A stretch of 64,000 nt of DNA. Origin: Lingula anatina (taxonomy: Eukaryota > Animalia > Brachiopoda). Both the position numbers and the translations under genes were made by a program. A model generated the notes under the pieces. That model was not told the origin of the DNA. It worked only from the letters and a program-made list of their open reading frames with translations, and did no database searches. The stretch's first letter is position 1, and the number at the start of each line of letters is the position of its first letter. Shown here in pieces: positions 1 through 12,250 of this stretch. The stretch is from contig CM120642.1 of the NCBI GenBank assembly GCA_051362555.1, positions 124,001 through 188,000 of the forward strand, read 5' to 3'.

Positions 1-1016
1 AACTTTGTATTAAAGTTGGTGTGGGGGAGCACCTGCTGGTCTACAGTGATTTTACAAGTAAATAACTTTGTATTAAAGTTGGTGTGGGGGAGCACCTGCT
101 GGTCTACAGTGATTTTACAAGTAAATAACTTTGTATTAAAGTTGGTGTGGGGGAGCACCTGCTGGTCTACAGTGACTTTACAAGTAAATAACTTTGTATT
201 AAAGTTGGTGTGGGGGAGCACCTGCTGGTCTACAGTGATTTTACAAGTAAATAACTTTGTATTAAAGTTGGTGTGGGGGAGCACCTGCTGGTCTACAGTG
301 ATTTTACAAGTAAATAACTTTGTATTAAAGTTGGTGTGGGGGAGCACCTGCTGGTCTACAGTGATTTTACAAGTAAATAACTTTGTATTAAAGTTGGTGT
401 GGGGGAGCACCTGCTGGTCTACAGTGATTTTACAAGTAAATAACTTTGTATTAAAGTTGGTGTGGGGGAGCACCTGCTGGTCTACAGTGATTTTACAAGT
501 AAATAACTTTGTATTAAAGTTGGTGTGGGGGAGCACCTGCTGGTCTACAGTGATTTTACAAGTAAATAACTTTGTATTAAAGTTGGTGTGGGGGAGCACC
601 TGCTGGTCTACAGTGATTTTACAAGTAAATAACTTTGTATTAAAGTTGGTGTGGGGGAGCACCTGCTGGTCTACAGTGATTTTACAAGTAAATAACTTTG
701 TATTAAAGTTGGTGTGGGGGAGCACCTGCTGGTCTACAGTGACTTTACAAGTAAATAACTTTGTATTAAAGTTGGTGTGGGGGAGCACCTGCTGGTCTAC
801 AGTGATTTTACAAGTAAATAACTTTGTATTAAAGTTGGTGTGGGGGAGCACCTGCTGGTCTACAGTGATTTTACAAGTAAATAACTTTGTATTAAAGTTG
901 GTGTGGGGGAGCACCTGCTGGTCTACAGTGATTTTACAAGTAAATAACTTTGTATTAAAGTTGGTGTGGGGGAGCACCTGCTGGTCGATCTACAGTGATT
1001 TTACAAGTAAATAACT
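1..1016. repeat. 63-bp minisatellite, ~16 near-identical copies (continues off the window start); intronic in the SUCO-like gene
   Basis: Unit aactttgtattaaagttggtgtgggggagcacctgctggtctacagtgattttacaagtaaat repeated directly; contains a small hairpin aacttt-gtatt-aaagtt; the last copy has a 4-nt insertion (cgat). Confidence 0.97.
978..989 (-). CDS. Candidate 12-nt micro-exon of the SUCO-like gene (phase 1 to phase 1; D-R-P-A)
   Basis: Minus strand reads aaaatcactgtag|ATCGACCAGCAG|gtgctc; frame-compatible with the phase-1 end of exon 1272-1768; the donor is weak. Confidence 0.3.
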
Positions 1017-1271
1017 CTGGGTTGTATATTCATCAAATATGTGTCATTTCTCAGACAGGGTACTGGTATGGCAGAAAGGTCAGAACATTTGATAGACTTC
1101 TTTAATGACATTTCTTACAGTCTTCAATAAAACGTTGTTCCTTACCAGCTAACACCAACAGGCTGTAATGTATCCCCAGTCAATACTCTACTAAAACAAT
1201 GCAATCAACGTTAACCTTTTTCTCAACTACATCAACTGTATAAAACAGCCACACAGCAAGGCATAACTTAC

Positions 1272-1768
1272 CATCTTGTTTTTTCTTCTGTTCCTCTGCC
1301 AGCTTCTGCTGTGCCCAGGCATCAAAGGGGAGGATCTCTTTGTCTGAGGAAGGCACTATGGGCTCATCATCTCTGCTGACAGGGGGCACAACCGTCTTCT
1401 GCTCCTCTGTTGGCCCAACTTTTGAGGAAGGTTCAGTTTTATCAACTTGGACAGAATCTGGGGTCTTCTTGATATGACCATCACCTGGTGGTGTTACGCC
1501 ACCTGGTGGTGGTTTTCTTTCCTCTGTCACATCTTCACCTGGTTTCTTTGTACCACCTGTGCTGCCATCTTCAGAAGTTTTCTGACCATTGTCTACAGGA
1601 ACATCTTGCCCAGAGGCTCCATCTAGTTTTGGTTCCTTAATCCTCTGCTGTGTTGGAAGGGTTTCTTCTGTCTTTGGCTGGTGCTGAGCAGGAAGTGTCT
1701 CTCCATTAAGCTCATCTTTCTCTGTCACAGAGGCAGCCTCCTGTACAGCCTGCCCTGTGGCTTGTGAT
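1272..1768 (-). CDS. SUCO: Internal exon of SUCO-like (SUN domain-containing ossification factor) gene; acidic/Pro-rich linker ending in EILPFDAWAQQKLAEEQKKKQD
   Basis: Acceptor ttgatcag|ATCA (phase 2), donor GATG|gtaagt (phase 1). The final motif resembles the conserved EDIPTFDEWKKKVME segment that precedes the SUN domain of SUCO. The SUN domain itself would lie beyond the window start. Confidence 0.65.
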
Positions 1769-2221
1769 CTGATCAATAAGAACACAACAAGTGATGCCTG
1801 CACCTAAACAGCTATAGGATTCTTCTTGGTTCCAAAGATTTCTAATTTCTAATGTTTTAATGATAGTAATCACTTACTTTGGAACATAATTATTAGTGAA
1901 ACACATTTTCACTAATTGGCCAATTACTATTCTGAGAGAGAATTCAGAGGTCTACAAACACCCAACAACATGGGGGCATTTAGCCTGATGATGCTCTTGT
2001 GACAAGAGCAAAATGTAGCTGTTTTACTTACAGTTTTGTTCCATTTAGTAATTACTATCTCTAATTACCATGACCATCATTAAAACACAAGTATGCAGCT
2101 AGTTATTTAGCCAGTGCATGGGCTCTATGTGAGCTTTCTCACACACTTTTCATTTTTATTCTGATGCACCCTCCTTTTCTTTTTTGCAATAATTAAGAAA
2201 TAAGTTTCAAAGAATTCTTAC

Positions 2222-2422
2222 TTGTCAAAGCTTCCTGTGTCCTTTTTATATTCCTGGAGGATTTTGTCATCCTTTTTGGTGGAATCTGTCCTCAGTTGCT
2301 GCTGTTGATGTTGTTGCTGCTGCTGTTGTTGATGATGCTGTTGTTGCTGCTGCTGTTGATGTTGTTGCTGCTGTTGTTGTTGATAATGGACAGATCCGGG
2401 GTTATCTTCAGGTAAACATGGT
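2222..2422 (-). CDS. SUCO: SUCO-like exon with poly-Gln/His tract (PCLPEDNPGSVHYQQQ...LRTDSTKKDDKILQEYKKDTGSFDK)
   Basis: cttccag|ACCA...GACAA|gtaaga; 201 nt, phase 2 to phase 2, open frame joins exon 1272-1768. Confidence 0.75.
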
Positions 2423-2612
2423 CTGGAAGTACGTCAACATTGCAGATCTTACAGAAAGGTTATTTCATTGTGCTTTAGATCCCTATGAAAGTGATATTTA
2501 GACAAGATATATATCATCATGTGTTTGATAATAACCATAGAATGGTTTACAACTAAACTGTACAGCTCTCCCTCTACATACACATGCATAGTGATTTTCC
2601 TCTTGTAAGGTG

Positions 2613-3450
2613 TCATACTAACTTGGTTACTGTTAGAGACAGCTCTACAACCTTTATAGCTAGACTAAGACCAGGTTAATATCATACTAACTTGGTTACT
2701 GTTAGTGACAGCTCTACAACCTTTATAGCTAGACTAAGACCAGGTTAATATCATACTAACATGGTTACTGTTGGAGACAGCTCTACAACCTTTATAGCTA
2801 CACTAAGAGCAGGCTAAAGTCATATTAACTTGGTTACTGTTGGAGACAGCTCTACAACCTTTATAGCTACACTAAGACCAGGTTAAAGTCATATTGACTT
2901 GGTTACTGTTGGAGACAGCTCTACAACCTTTATAGCTAGACTAAGACCAGGATAAAGTCATATTGACTTGGTTCCTGTTGGAGACAGCTCTACAACCTTT
3001 ATAGCTAGACTAAGACCAGGATAAAGTCATATTGACTTGGTTCCTGTTGGAGACAGCTCTACAACCTTTATAGCTACACTAAGACCAGGATAAAGTCATA
3101 TTGACTTGGTTCCTGTTGGAGACAGCTCTACAACCTTTATAGCTACACTAAGACCAGGTTAAAGTCATATTGACTTGGTTACTGTTGGAGACAGCTCTAC
3201 AACCTTTATAGCTAGACTAAGACCAGGTTAAAGTCATATTGACTTGGTTCCTGTTGGAGACAGCTCTACAACCTTCATAGCTACACTAACACCAGGTTAA
3301 AGTCATACTAACTTGGTTACTGTTGGAGACAGCTCTACAACCTTTATAGCTAGACTAAGACCAGGTTAAAGTCATATTGACTTGGTTACTGTTGGAGACA
3401 GCTCTACAACATTTATAGCTAAGACTAAGACCAGGGATCAGGTTCAAGTC
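2613..3450. repeat. 69-bp minisatellite, ~12 copies
   Basis: Unit gtcatattgacttggttactgttggagacagctctacaacctttatagctagactaagaccaggttaaa. Confidence 0.95.
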
Positions 3451-4940
3451 AATATATAGAATATTATATAAAGTTACACTTGAAACAAATACAGAAGTCA
3501 AGACTTATTGGAGGTAAAAGATTACATGTAGCATTGCTGCATTAAATCAGTTCATCAGGCATTTAGCAAGACACTAGCTTTTAAACCTAAAGGGAGCCCT
3601 TTTTAAGTTATGCCAGATATCTAAAAAAGGAGTTTTTCCCCATATTGATGGCCATGGAAAAAATATTCATGGCAGCACATGCATAGTAAAGTTCCCAGTG
3701 TGTAACAGAGACTGTCCCTTACAAGTGAGAGAATAAAGATTCCTAAACATATCATAAACAGGACAGAAGTTATGCTAGGTTAAGCAAGAAAAGGTTGAAA
3801 AACATATCTGATCTTGGGATTGGCATTAACACAGCACATTATTCAATTACATGGTTCATGAAATAAAATGACATGAACGTAACATATATGACATTACAAC
3901 ACCAGTATATTTACCCATAGCATTTGCAACTGCTAACACAAATCATCAAAACAATGACTAGACAAAGGAATGCCATGTAAACAGCCCAACAACTGTGCTC
4001 CAAGCCTCCTATCTACTCCAAGCCTCCTCTCTTGTGAAGGCACTATCAAGCTTATATCTACAGACATGCTGTTTGTGAGGAACTGGTTTTTCTTCCTCTG
4101 GTAAACCACTAAGCTTCAAGTCTTGCTCTCTACTGGTGTATATATGTAAGTCATCTGATGTATATGGAAGTCAATATGTGCTTCTCACTGCATGGTGACT
4201 GTGTGGTGGAGAAGAATTCATACCCCCCCCCCCCCCCCTCCACACACACACACTCGATCACTTCTATCCAAAATGTGTGACTCTGGTTGTTTACTGCCTT
4301 TACTAACAGTGCTATGTGGATTGCCTGATTCATAAGCTGTCTAACATCACTCCACATGTATATGTGCGCATGCACACACATGTACATACACACGTACATA
4401 CAAACACACACTGACAGTCAGACGTCTGCAGTCAGTCAATTGCTCAAACACCCCTCCTTTCTCATTTCAGCATCTTACTAAATTAAAAATGAAACATTTA
4501 TATTAAAAAAACTATTATTTACAAGGCATAAGCCCATATAAAGCAATCATTATTTGCCTTCTTCTTGAGATAGGTACTGCTAAGACAGATCAACTCATCT
4601 CCAATGGAAACACCTTTAGAAAAACCAGAGTGACAGTAATATTTGCTGTAAAACAATCTGACTGTCATTACAAGTTCCTGTAACAAGGTGCTTAAAAATA
4701 AAATTCTCAGAAATGATAACATCTTCAAAAGAAAAGTAAACATAATTCTGTTAAAGAAAACCAACCATATTCCTAAACAATCATCTTGGCTCAAAATACA
4801 CTAATGTATGCCAAAATACACTAATGTATGCCAAAATACACTAATGTATGCCAAAATGACTTCATGTTACTATTGTGCCTGTGGCAGTCTTCAGCAGAGG
4901 ATTAATTCTGTTCACAGTATTATTAAACAGCATTGGACTA

Positions 4941-5115
4941 TGGGCCAATGTAGACCCCCACCCCACCCCATTAGTGATTTTCTTTCACTATGTTTTTCTG
5001 ATAGCTTAGGTCTTGAGCTTTTATTATCTGCTTGTTTGCCATTAAGACCTAAGCTATCAGAAAAACATAGTGAATGAAAATCACTAAGGGGGGGGAGGTT
5101 TGGGTATTTGGCCCA
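4941..5115. mobile_element. Foldback MITE (long hairpin) with 7-bp TSD tggacta
   Basis: Termini tgggccaa...ttggccca; near-perfect internal arms ttagtgattttctttcactatgtttttctgatagcttaggtctt / aagacctaagctatcagaaaaacatagtgaatgaaaatcactaa; tggacta flanks both sides. Confidence 0.85.
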
Positions 5116-5569
5116 TGGACTACAAGTACTGGTCAGACTATCAGAGCATATGTTAAGGGTCAAGATGTTATTAGTTTGACCAAGGCCAGTGGGCAGCCTG
5201 TGTGAAGGAGTACAGCTTGGTGAGTTCTACAGCTGAACTCTATCCAGAACATGATCCATTTCTCAAACATGTCCCAAACAAAGAGCACATGGTCCAGCAC
5301 ATGACTGTTCAGCCAGGCACATGGGCAGCCATGTGTGAGTATACAGTCTACACAATACACTGGCCACTGAGGCTGGCTGAGTACATAGAGGCTGACTGCG
5401 TCAATAGTCTATGTGGATATAGGTCTGTAATAACATTACAAAACTGACATATGTCATAGCAAAACAATGAAAGCATAACTGACCTATATCATAGCAAATC
5501 AATGAACAGCATAACATGCCATGTTAAATATCATCTTATCTTATCTTATCTTTCTATAGCATAGCATAT

Positions 5570-5735
5570 ATCGTATCATATCATATCATTTCATATATCA
5601 TATCATATCATATCATATCATATCATATCATATCATATCATATCATATCATATCATATCATATCATATCATATCATATCATATATCATATCATATCATAT
5701 CATACCATATATCATATCATATCATATCATATCAT
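5570..5735. repeat. (ATATC)n pentanucleotide microsatellite
   Basis: Direct inspection. Confidence 0.97.
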
Positions 5736-5800
5736 TTATCACATCAAATAGTTTGGCACATGTGGACACTTTCTACAATTTGTTCTACTTCAAAAAAAAA

Positions 5801-6112
5801 AGAGACCAGAGGTACCTTAGAAATATATGGTCATCCCTAGCTGTCTCCAGGGAGGTCATCAAAATAAAGATATTATACTAATTAAGAGACCAGAGGTACC
5901 TTTAGAAATATATGGTCATCCCTAGCTGTCTGCAGGGAGGTCATCAAAATAAATATTAACTAATACAATAAGAGACCAGAGGTACCTTAGAAATATACGG
6001 TCATCTTGAGCTATCTACAGGAAGGCCACAAAATAAAGATATTATACTAATACAACACGAGACCAGAGGTACCTTAGATATATATGGTCATCCCGAGCTG
6101 TCTGCAGGGAGG
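5801..6112. repeat. ~85-88-bp tandem repeat, 4 copies, each spanning the exon end and splice donor of exon 6073-6197
   Basis: gagaccagaggtaccttagaaatatatggtcatcc...gctgtctgcagggagg recurs at ~5802, 5887, 5972 and 6059. Confidence 0.9.
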
Positions 6113-6197
6113 CCAGCCACCACGAGGACAACAAGACCACCAGGATGACCGCTGGCTGGACAATAATGACCACTCGGTATGATGGCATACTCTTCAT
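6073..6197 (-). CDS. SUCO: SUCO-like first coding exon with signal peptide/signal anchor (MKSMPSYRVVIIVQPAVILVVLLSSWWLASLQTARDDHIYL-R)
   Basis: ATG at 6197, hydrophobic core, donor CTAAG|gtacct in phase 2, which joins in frame to exon 2222-2422. Confidence 0.75.
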
Positions 6198-7186
6198 TAT
6201 CACACTCTCCGTCTGTAAACTCCCTGGTTTGAAATTGTTTTTTTTTTTACTGCAAAGTTCTAATCCAACATCTCCATGAATATGATACCTTTTTTAAAAT
6301 TCTGTTCTCAATCCATGAAGGAGGGTTTTAACACACCAGAACAAAAATAAAATGCCACTTCCTGAATATTAAGAGACTTCTTGACCATCTGAGCTGCTAG
6401 CTGGCTGACAGATTGGTCCAATCCACCGACCTAGGCAGAGTGAAATGGACAGGCTATAAGTCAACATTTTTTATTTGACCAATACAAAACAACAGGGCCA
6501 AGTGTTTGTGCTCTCTATTTCATGTGTTGTGGTCAGTAGGACAGAGGGACTGACCTGGGGTCAGAGGTTAAATGTCACAGTAACCTACAGGCTACTGTTA
6601 TGTCATATAGAGGTCAGAAGACAGCATGGGTCACTTATAACTGCCACATTCAGTCAATAAGAACCCTGTCTGGCCAGTGAGCTAACACACATGGTAAATA
6701 GTCAATACAGTGTTCTCCCCGGCAGCTCAATTGTAGTAACACATAGTAAACAGTCAGATGATAATAAAAACAATGTTTCTGGCTGGACATTAATAACCAC
6801 TGGTAGTGTTCATAGGCCATCAGTCACCAGCTAGCACACACACCTGATCACCTTTTATGTCTAAAACAAGCCATTTTCACAGCTTAAATGAAACATAAAA
6901 TTTATCATAATTTTTTTAATCATCACAGACTATAATTATGGTTACTTTCTGTCCATCTGAATGATCAATTTCCTTGCTGAGATGATACTGAAATAACTGT
7001 CACAGAATTCATTAGATCCTCTATTTCCGATGTGTTTATATATCGTCACTTCATGTGATATATCAATGATATATGTGGAATACTTATTCCATATACATCC
7101 ATATTCATTATATCCATGTTCCATCCATACTGCACTTCATTCACTGCCATGTCGACAGATGTCCAAGGTATGACACACTCCCTGTG

Positions 7187-7426
7187 ATCCTGGCAAGGTG
7201 TTAGCCCAGTCCTGGCAAGATGTTAGCCCAGTCCTGGCAAGGTGTTAGCCCAGCCCTGGCAAGATGTTAGCCCAGCCCTGGCAAGGTGTTAGCCCAGCCC
7301 TGGCAAAGTGTTAGCCCAGCCCTGGCAAGGTGTTAGCCCAGCCCTGGCAAGGTGTTAGCCCAGCCCTAGCAAAGTGTTAGCCCAGCCCTGGCAAGGTGTT
7401 AGCCCAGCCCTGGCAAAGTGTTAGCC
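7187..7426. repeat. 21-bp minisatellite, ~11 copies
   Basis: Unit cctggcaaggtgttagcccag. Confidence 0.95.
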
Positions 7427-10298
7427 TATACCAATATTTTTATCCTCCATATCATAACTGTACCACTTCCCTAAATCTTCAACACATAAAGCACATGATC
7501 AACTAAACAGGGAACAGAAGTAGAAGCTCTTGTTCTGATGACTCTGTATTTCTCAGTACAGTGCTAGTAATTATCCTTGGCTTCTCCTTAAATCAGAGTG
7601 ACAAACAACTTAGCAATGTTTGCAGACCAAGATTACAACATAAAGGCTTCCTCTGCCAACATGTTATCATTACAAACATAACGATATGTTGATCAAAATC
7701 AATGTTTTCAAAGGATTCATCACGAATATGATACACTGCACTTCAATTTTATTGTCACGCAGCACAGTTAGTGACAACATGTCTCTCTCACGTGTATTGA
7801 CAACAGCTCCAAGATATGTCTCTGAACATGAAAACAGTATCTTCTATTTCTTTTACTGTCAATACATGGATTCTTTGGCAGCCTTTATCAATGAGATATA
7901 ATATGACACTGTACGTGTCTCTATGTCATCACAACTACATCACAGAATACATGGCTGACAATGATCACAGCAGTAGACCTCTGTGTATAGAACACCTCCC
8001 TCCAGTAGCATGGCAACTAATCTTCTGAGTAGACTATAGCAGAGAGGAAATCTGACAAAACACTTCAGAGATTGACAAAAATAGTTCAAGTTGTCAAGAT
8101 TATTGTGACATCCATCTCTATACAACTCCGTCAGTGTCAAAACTACAGAGCTCTATATATCTATATATTATATATGTACACTTCAGTCAGTATTAAACCT
8201 GCATAGCGCTATATCTCTATATCTACATCTCAGTCATAGACCTGCGTAGCAGCAGTCTTATAACTCTGTGGTACCCGCTGTTTCTTCATTCATAACTTAT
8301 CAACATGGTGGTTGTGACAAACTGCCACGTCATGTTAAAACAGTACAGACTGTTAAATAGATATCATTATTTACAACCATCAGATGTGCAAACACATTTA
8401 TGGTATTCATCAGCATTAATTGACCTGTATCAGCAGGCTGTTTTAATGTGGGTGGGAAATGTGTTCTATTAACAGTTATGAATGATCTAGAGTGTCTCCT
8501 ATAACACTTACTTCATGATCTATGTACTAGTAACCAGACTTGTATAGGGTTCAGTATATGACATTATTTTTTAAAAAAATTGAAACCACAATACTGTATA
8601 TATTATTACTACTGGCATATTTTTTTCACTACAAACATCAGAAAAATTTATAAATACTAGTTATAGCAAGCCTAGACCAGAAAATATCCAGAATAACCAT
8701 TTTGCTTTCACATGATTTGTATTTGTGATACTGCATGTTACCCATCATGGGGATGGTAGTAATAATCACTAAAATCCTTCAACATTAGAAAGTAAATTGT
8801 TCTCTACATAAGATATGAAATATAAGAAAGCATCATTTAACATGCTGTTCTCTTATCATCATGGTTGATTTAACCTTTATCAAATATTGACTTTCCACTG
8901 TTTACACACACACTTCCTGTCCTATTTACAACATCATTTTCCTTTTACACACACATCTAGTGGTCTTTTTCAACTAATTTAATTTTGGAAAACATTAAAC
9001 ACAAAAATTTAATTTGCAGGATTATTTTCTTACTTCAAAGACACACTTCCCTCTAAAAAGGGAAAATTGACCCAGTTATGTTCTGCTATCAGCCAGTCAA
9101 ACTTTTCCCCAGCAGATTAAAGTTAGTGATTAAATAACATTATCACCAGTAAAACACTGCTCTGCTGCTGGGCTAGAATGGAATCACTTTAACTCACTTC
9201 AACAGCGTCACTAAAAATAACTGTGTTATCTTGTAAAATGCCAGCACTGTCCTCTAGCAAGTTTACCAATTGATACATAATAGCATACAATTTCTGTAAG
9301 TTACTCAATAATAATTATAGACAAAAAATTAAATCTAAAGATGTCATTTAAACATAAACAACTCTCAAACAGGTGATTTTTCTTAATATGTTTCAAGCAC
9401 TAATTAAGTTTTCATCCTAGTCTTGGGATAAGGCTTGTCCTGACATCTGAAGAGGTAGCATGGGGCAATACAAACACACACTGTGCTGATATCTTTTCAC
9501 TAATTACTCACAGATATATGACACACTTTAAGATACTAATTTAATATTCAAAACTGTCCCAGACCAAAGTATATCATCTGGTACCATCTCTAAACAAGAA
9601 CATATTTCACCTAAACTTGACACATGCTGAATGGGATATTAACCAATAACTTCAGCCTTTTAGTCTAATACAGTCTAAACAAAGCTGTGCCAATAAACTG
9701 AAGTAAAATGAAATATCACAGAATGATGATGAGTTCTTCAAACTCATGCAAGACAAATCATATCCTCAGCCCTCAGTTTATAGGACACCTTACTAGTATG
9801 TCTTTATCACTTTACTTCTAAACTAGAATTAGTTCAACTATAAGCTACATGTCCAAGTACAAATCACTGTCTGAAATGGAAGGTTAACGTGACAGACCCA
9901 GTTATCTGATATAGTTCAGGGCCTATCCAGCCTTGATGAAACCAGGCCCAGGTGTGTATTATGTGTAACCATTCACTTGTCAAAAATATAAATAAGACAC
10001 AGGCTTCCATTAGAACAACAAACTGAGAGTCATTAAGGATTATATAATTATAGAACTACATTTAGGAGTTCATGTACAGTAAGTTACTCTGCTAGTTTTC
10101 ATTAAAAAATACATAGGAAGAGCCCCCCCCCCCACACACACACACACATGTCAGTGTCCCGATATGTACCCTTTCATCCTCTGTTTATATGTCAATAAGC
10201 AGAGGGAGAGATAACAATGTCAACCACCTGTTTATTTTATGATATCAGTGACAAAGGTGACCAAACTCTAAACACTGAAGACAATATCAAAGACCTTA

Positions 10299-10778
10299 AA
10301 ATGACCCCTTCAGTACAGTGACTATCCTGGGTAATATAACAACTGACCAGCACAGACTATATCAGGGTCTACAGAATGACCCCTTCAGTACAGTGACTAT
10401 CCTGGGTAATATAACAACTGACCAGCACAGACTATATCAGGGTCTACAGAATGACCCCTTCAGTACAGTGACTATCCTGGGTAATATAACAACTGACCAG
10501 CACAGACTATATCAGGGTCTACAGAATGACCCCTTCAGTACAGTGACTATCCTGGGTAATATAACAACTGACCAGCACAGACTATATCAGGGTCTACAGA
10601 ATGACCCCTTCAGTACAGTGACTATCCTGGGTAATATAACAACTGACCAGCACAGATTATATCAGGGTCTACAGAATGACCCCTTCAGTACAGTGACTAT
10701 CACCTGGTAATATAAAAACTGACCAGCACAGACTATACCAGGGTCTACAGAATGACCCCTTCAGTACAGTGACTATCC
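10299..10778. repeat. 75-bp minisatellite, ~6 copies
   Basis: Unit aatgaccccttcagtacagtgactatcctgggtaatataacaactgaccagcacagactatatcagggtctacag. Confidence 0.96.
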
Positions 10779-10887
10779 CAACCAAAACACTAATATATCA
10801 GAGACAGTATTGGGCTGGCTACAGATCAATAACTGAACAAGCACATGGTATCAAAGGGTAATAGTATTGATATGTTACGGCACCTAC

Positions 10888-10991
10888 CTGCTCTCCTGAT
10901 AACCCTCAGGGTCAGTGGATTGTTGGAGATGTACATCATGTCCTTCCTTGGCGTGACTGTGGCTGCTTGAGGAATCCTCTTTAACTGGCTT
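10888..10991 (-). CDS. Exon of the alternative (distal) 5' arm of the SUCO-like gene (KPVKEDSSSSHSHAKEGHDVHLQQSTDPEGYQES-R)
   Basis: tttttcaaaatcag|AAG...AGCAG|gtaggt; 104 nt, phase 0 to phase 2, compatible upstream with exon 12229-12615 and downstream with the phase-2 acceptors at 2422 or 1768. Confidence 0.65.
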
Positions 10992-11049
10992 CTGATTTTG
11001 AAAAATAAATTAAATTGTTTTTATCACTGTGTGCTGAGTGTGTGTGTAT

Positions 11050-11090
<41 letters not shown>

Positions 11091-11159
11091 GAATGCACCT
11101 GTGAAAAAGATGGCAGAAAAAAGAAAGAGAAAGAGAGTGGAAGAAGTAGAAGGAAGTGC

Positions 11160-12250
11160 AGGGTAGAGAGAGTTACCTTGTGTTGTGTGTTACTGTTGGT
11201 AGTTTTAGGGGTAGAGAGAGTTACCTTGTGTTGTATGTTACTGTTGGTAGTATAAGGGGTAGAGAGAGTTACATTGTGTTGTGTGTTACTGTTGGTAGTA
11301 TTAGGGATAGAGAGAGTTACCTTGTGTTGTGTGCTACTGTTGGTAGTATGAGGGGTAGACAGAGTTACCTTGTGTTGTGTGCTACTGTTGGTAGTATTAG
11401 GGGTAGAGAGAGTTACCTTGTGTTGTGTGTTACTGTTGGTAGTATTAGGGATAGAGAGAGTTACCTTGTGTTGTGTGTTACTGTTGGTAGTATTAGGGGT
11501 AGAGAGAGTTACCTTGTGTTGTATGTTACTGTTGGTAGTATAAGGGGTAGAGAGAGTTACATTGTGTTGTGTGTTACTGATGGTAGTATTAGGGATAGAG
11601 TTACCTTGTGTTGTGTGTTACTGTTGGTAGTATTAGGGATAGAGAGAGTTACCTTGTGTTGTGTGTTACTGTTGGTAGTATTAGGGGTAGAGAGAGTTAC
11701 CTTGTGTTGTGTGTTACTGTTGGTAGTATTAGGGGTAGAGAGAGTTACCTTGTGTTGTGTGTTACTGTTGGTAGTATTAGGGGTAGAGAGAGTTACCTTG
11801 TGTTGTGTGTTACTGTTGGTAGTATTAGGGGTAGAGAGAGTTACCTTGTGTTGTGTGTTACTGTTGATGGTATTAGGGGTAGAGAGGGGTACCTTGTGTT
11901 GTGTGCTACTGTTGGTAGTATTAGGGGTAGAGATAGTTACCTTGTGTTGTGTGCTACTGTTGGTAATATTAGGGGAAGAGAGCATTACCTTGTGTTGTGT
12001 GCTACTGTTGGTAGTATTAGGGGTAGAGAGCGTTACCTTGTGTTGTGTGCTACTGTTGGTAATATTAGGGGTAGAGAGCGTTACCTTGTGTTGTGTGTTA
12101 CTGTTGGTAGTATTAGGGGTAGAGAGAGTTACCTTGTGTTGTATGTTACTGTTGGTAGTATTAGGGATAGAGAGAGTTACCTTGTGTTGTAAGTTACTGT
12201 TGGTAGTATTAGGGGTAGAGAGAGTTACCTTTTGTTGTGTGTTACTGCTG
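11160..12250. repeat. 48-bp minisatellite, ~23 copies; most units contain a minus-strand splice donor AAG|GTAACT or a close variant
   Basis: Unit agagagagttaccttgtgttgtgtgttactgttggtagtattaggggt; translates on the minus strand as VTLSTPNTTNSNTQHK; 4-nt deletion near 11597. Confidence 0.96.

Noticed and set aside
16-1014. 332-aa plus-strand ORF
   Set aside because: Translation of a stop-free 63-bp minisatellite, antisense to the host gene; no true ATG start and no domain
1146-1190. Strong donor (CTG|gtaagg) suggesting another small SUCO exon
   Set aside because: All nearby acceptors give an in-frame stop when joined to the phase-1 end of exon 1272-1768
10318-10710. 130-aa repetitive ORF; also the ORFs at 23063-23438, 24393-25003 and 44512-44793
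   Set aside because: Products of tandem repeats whose unit lacks a stop in one frame
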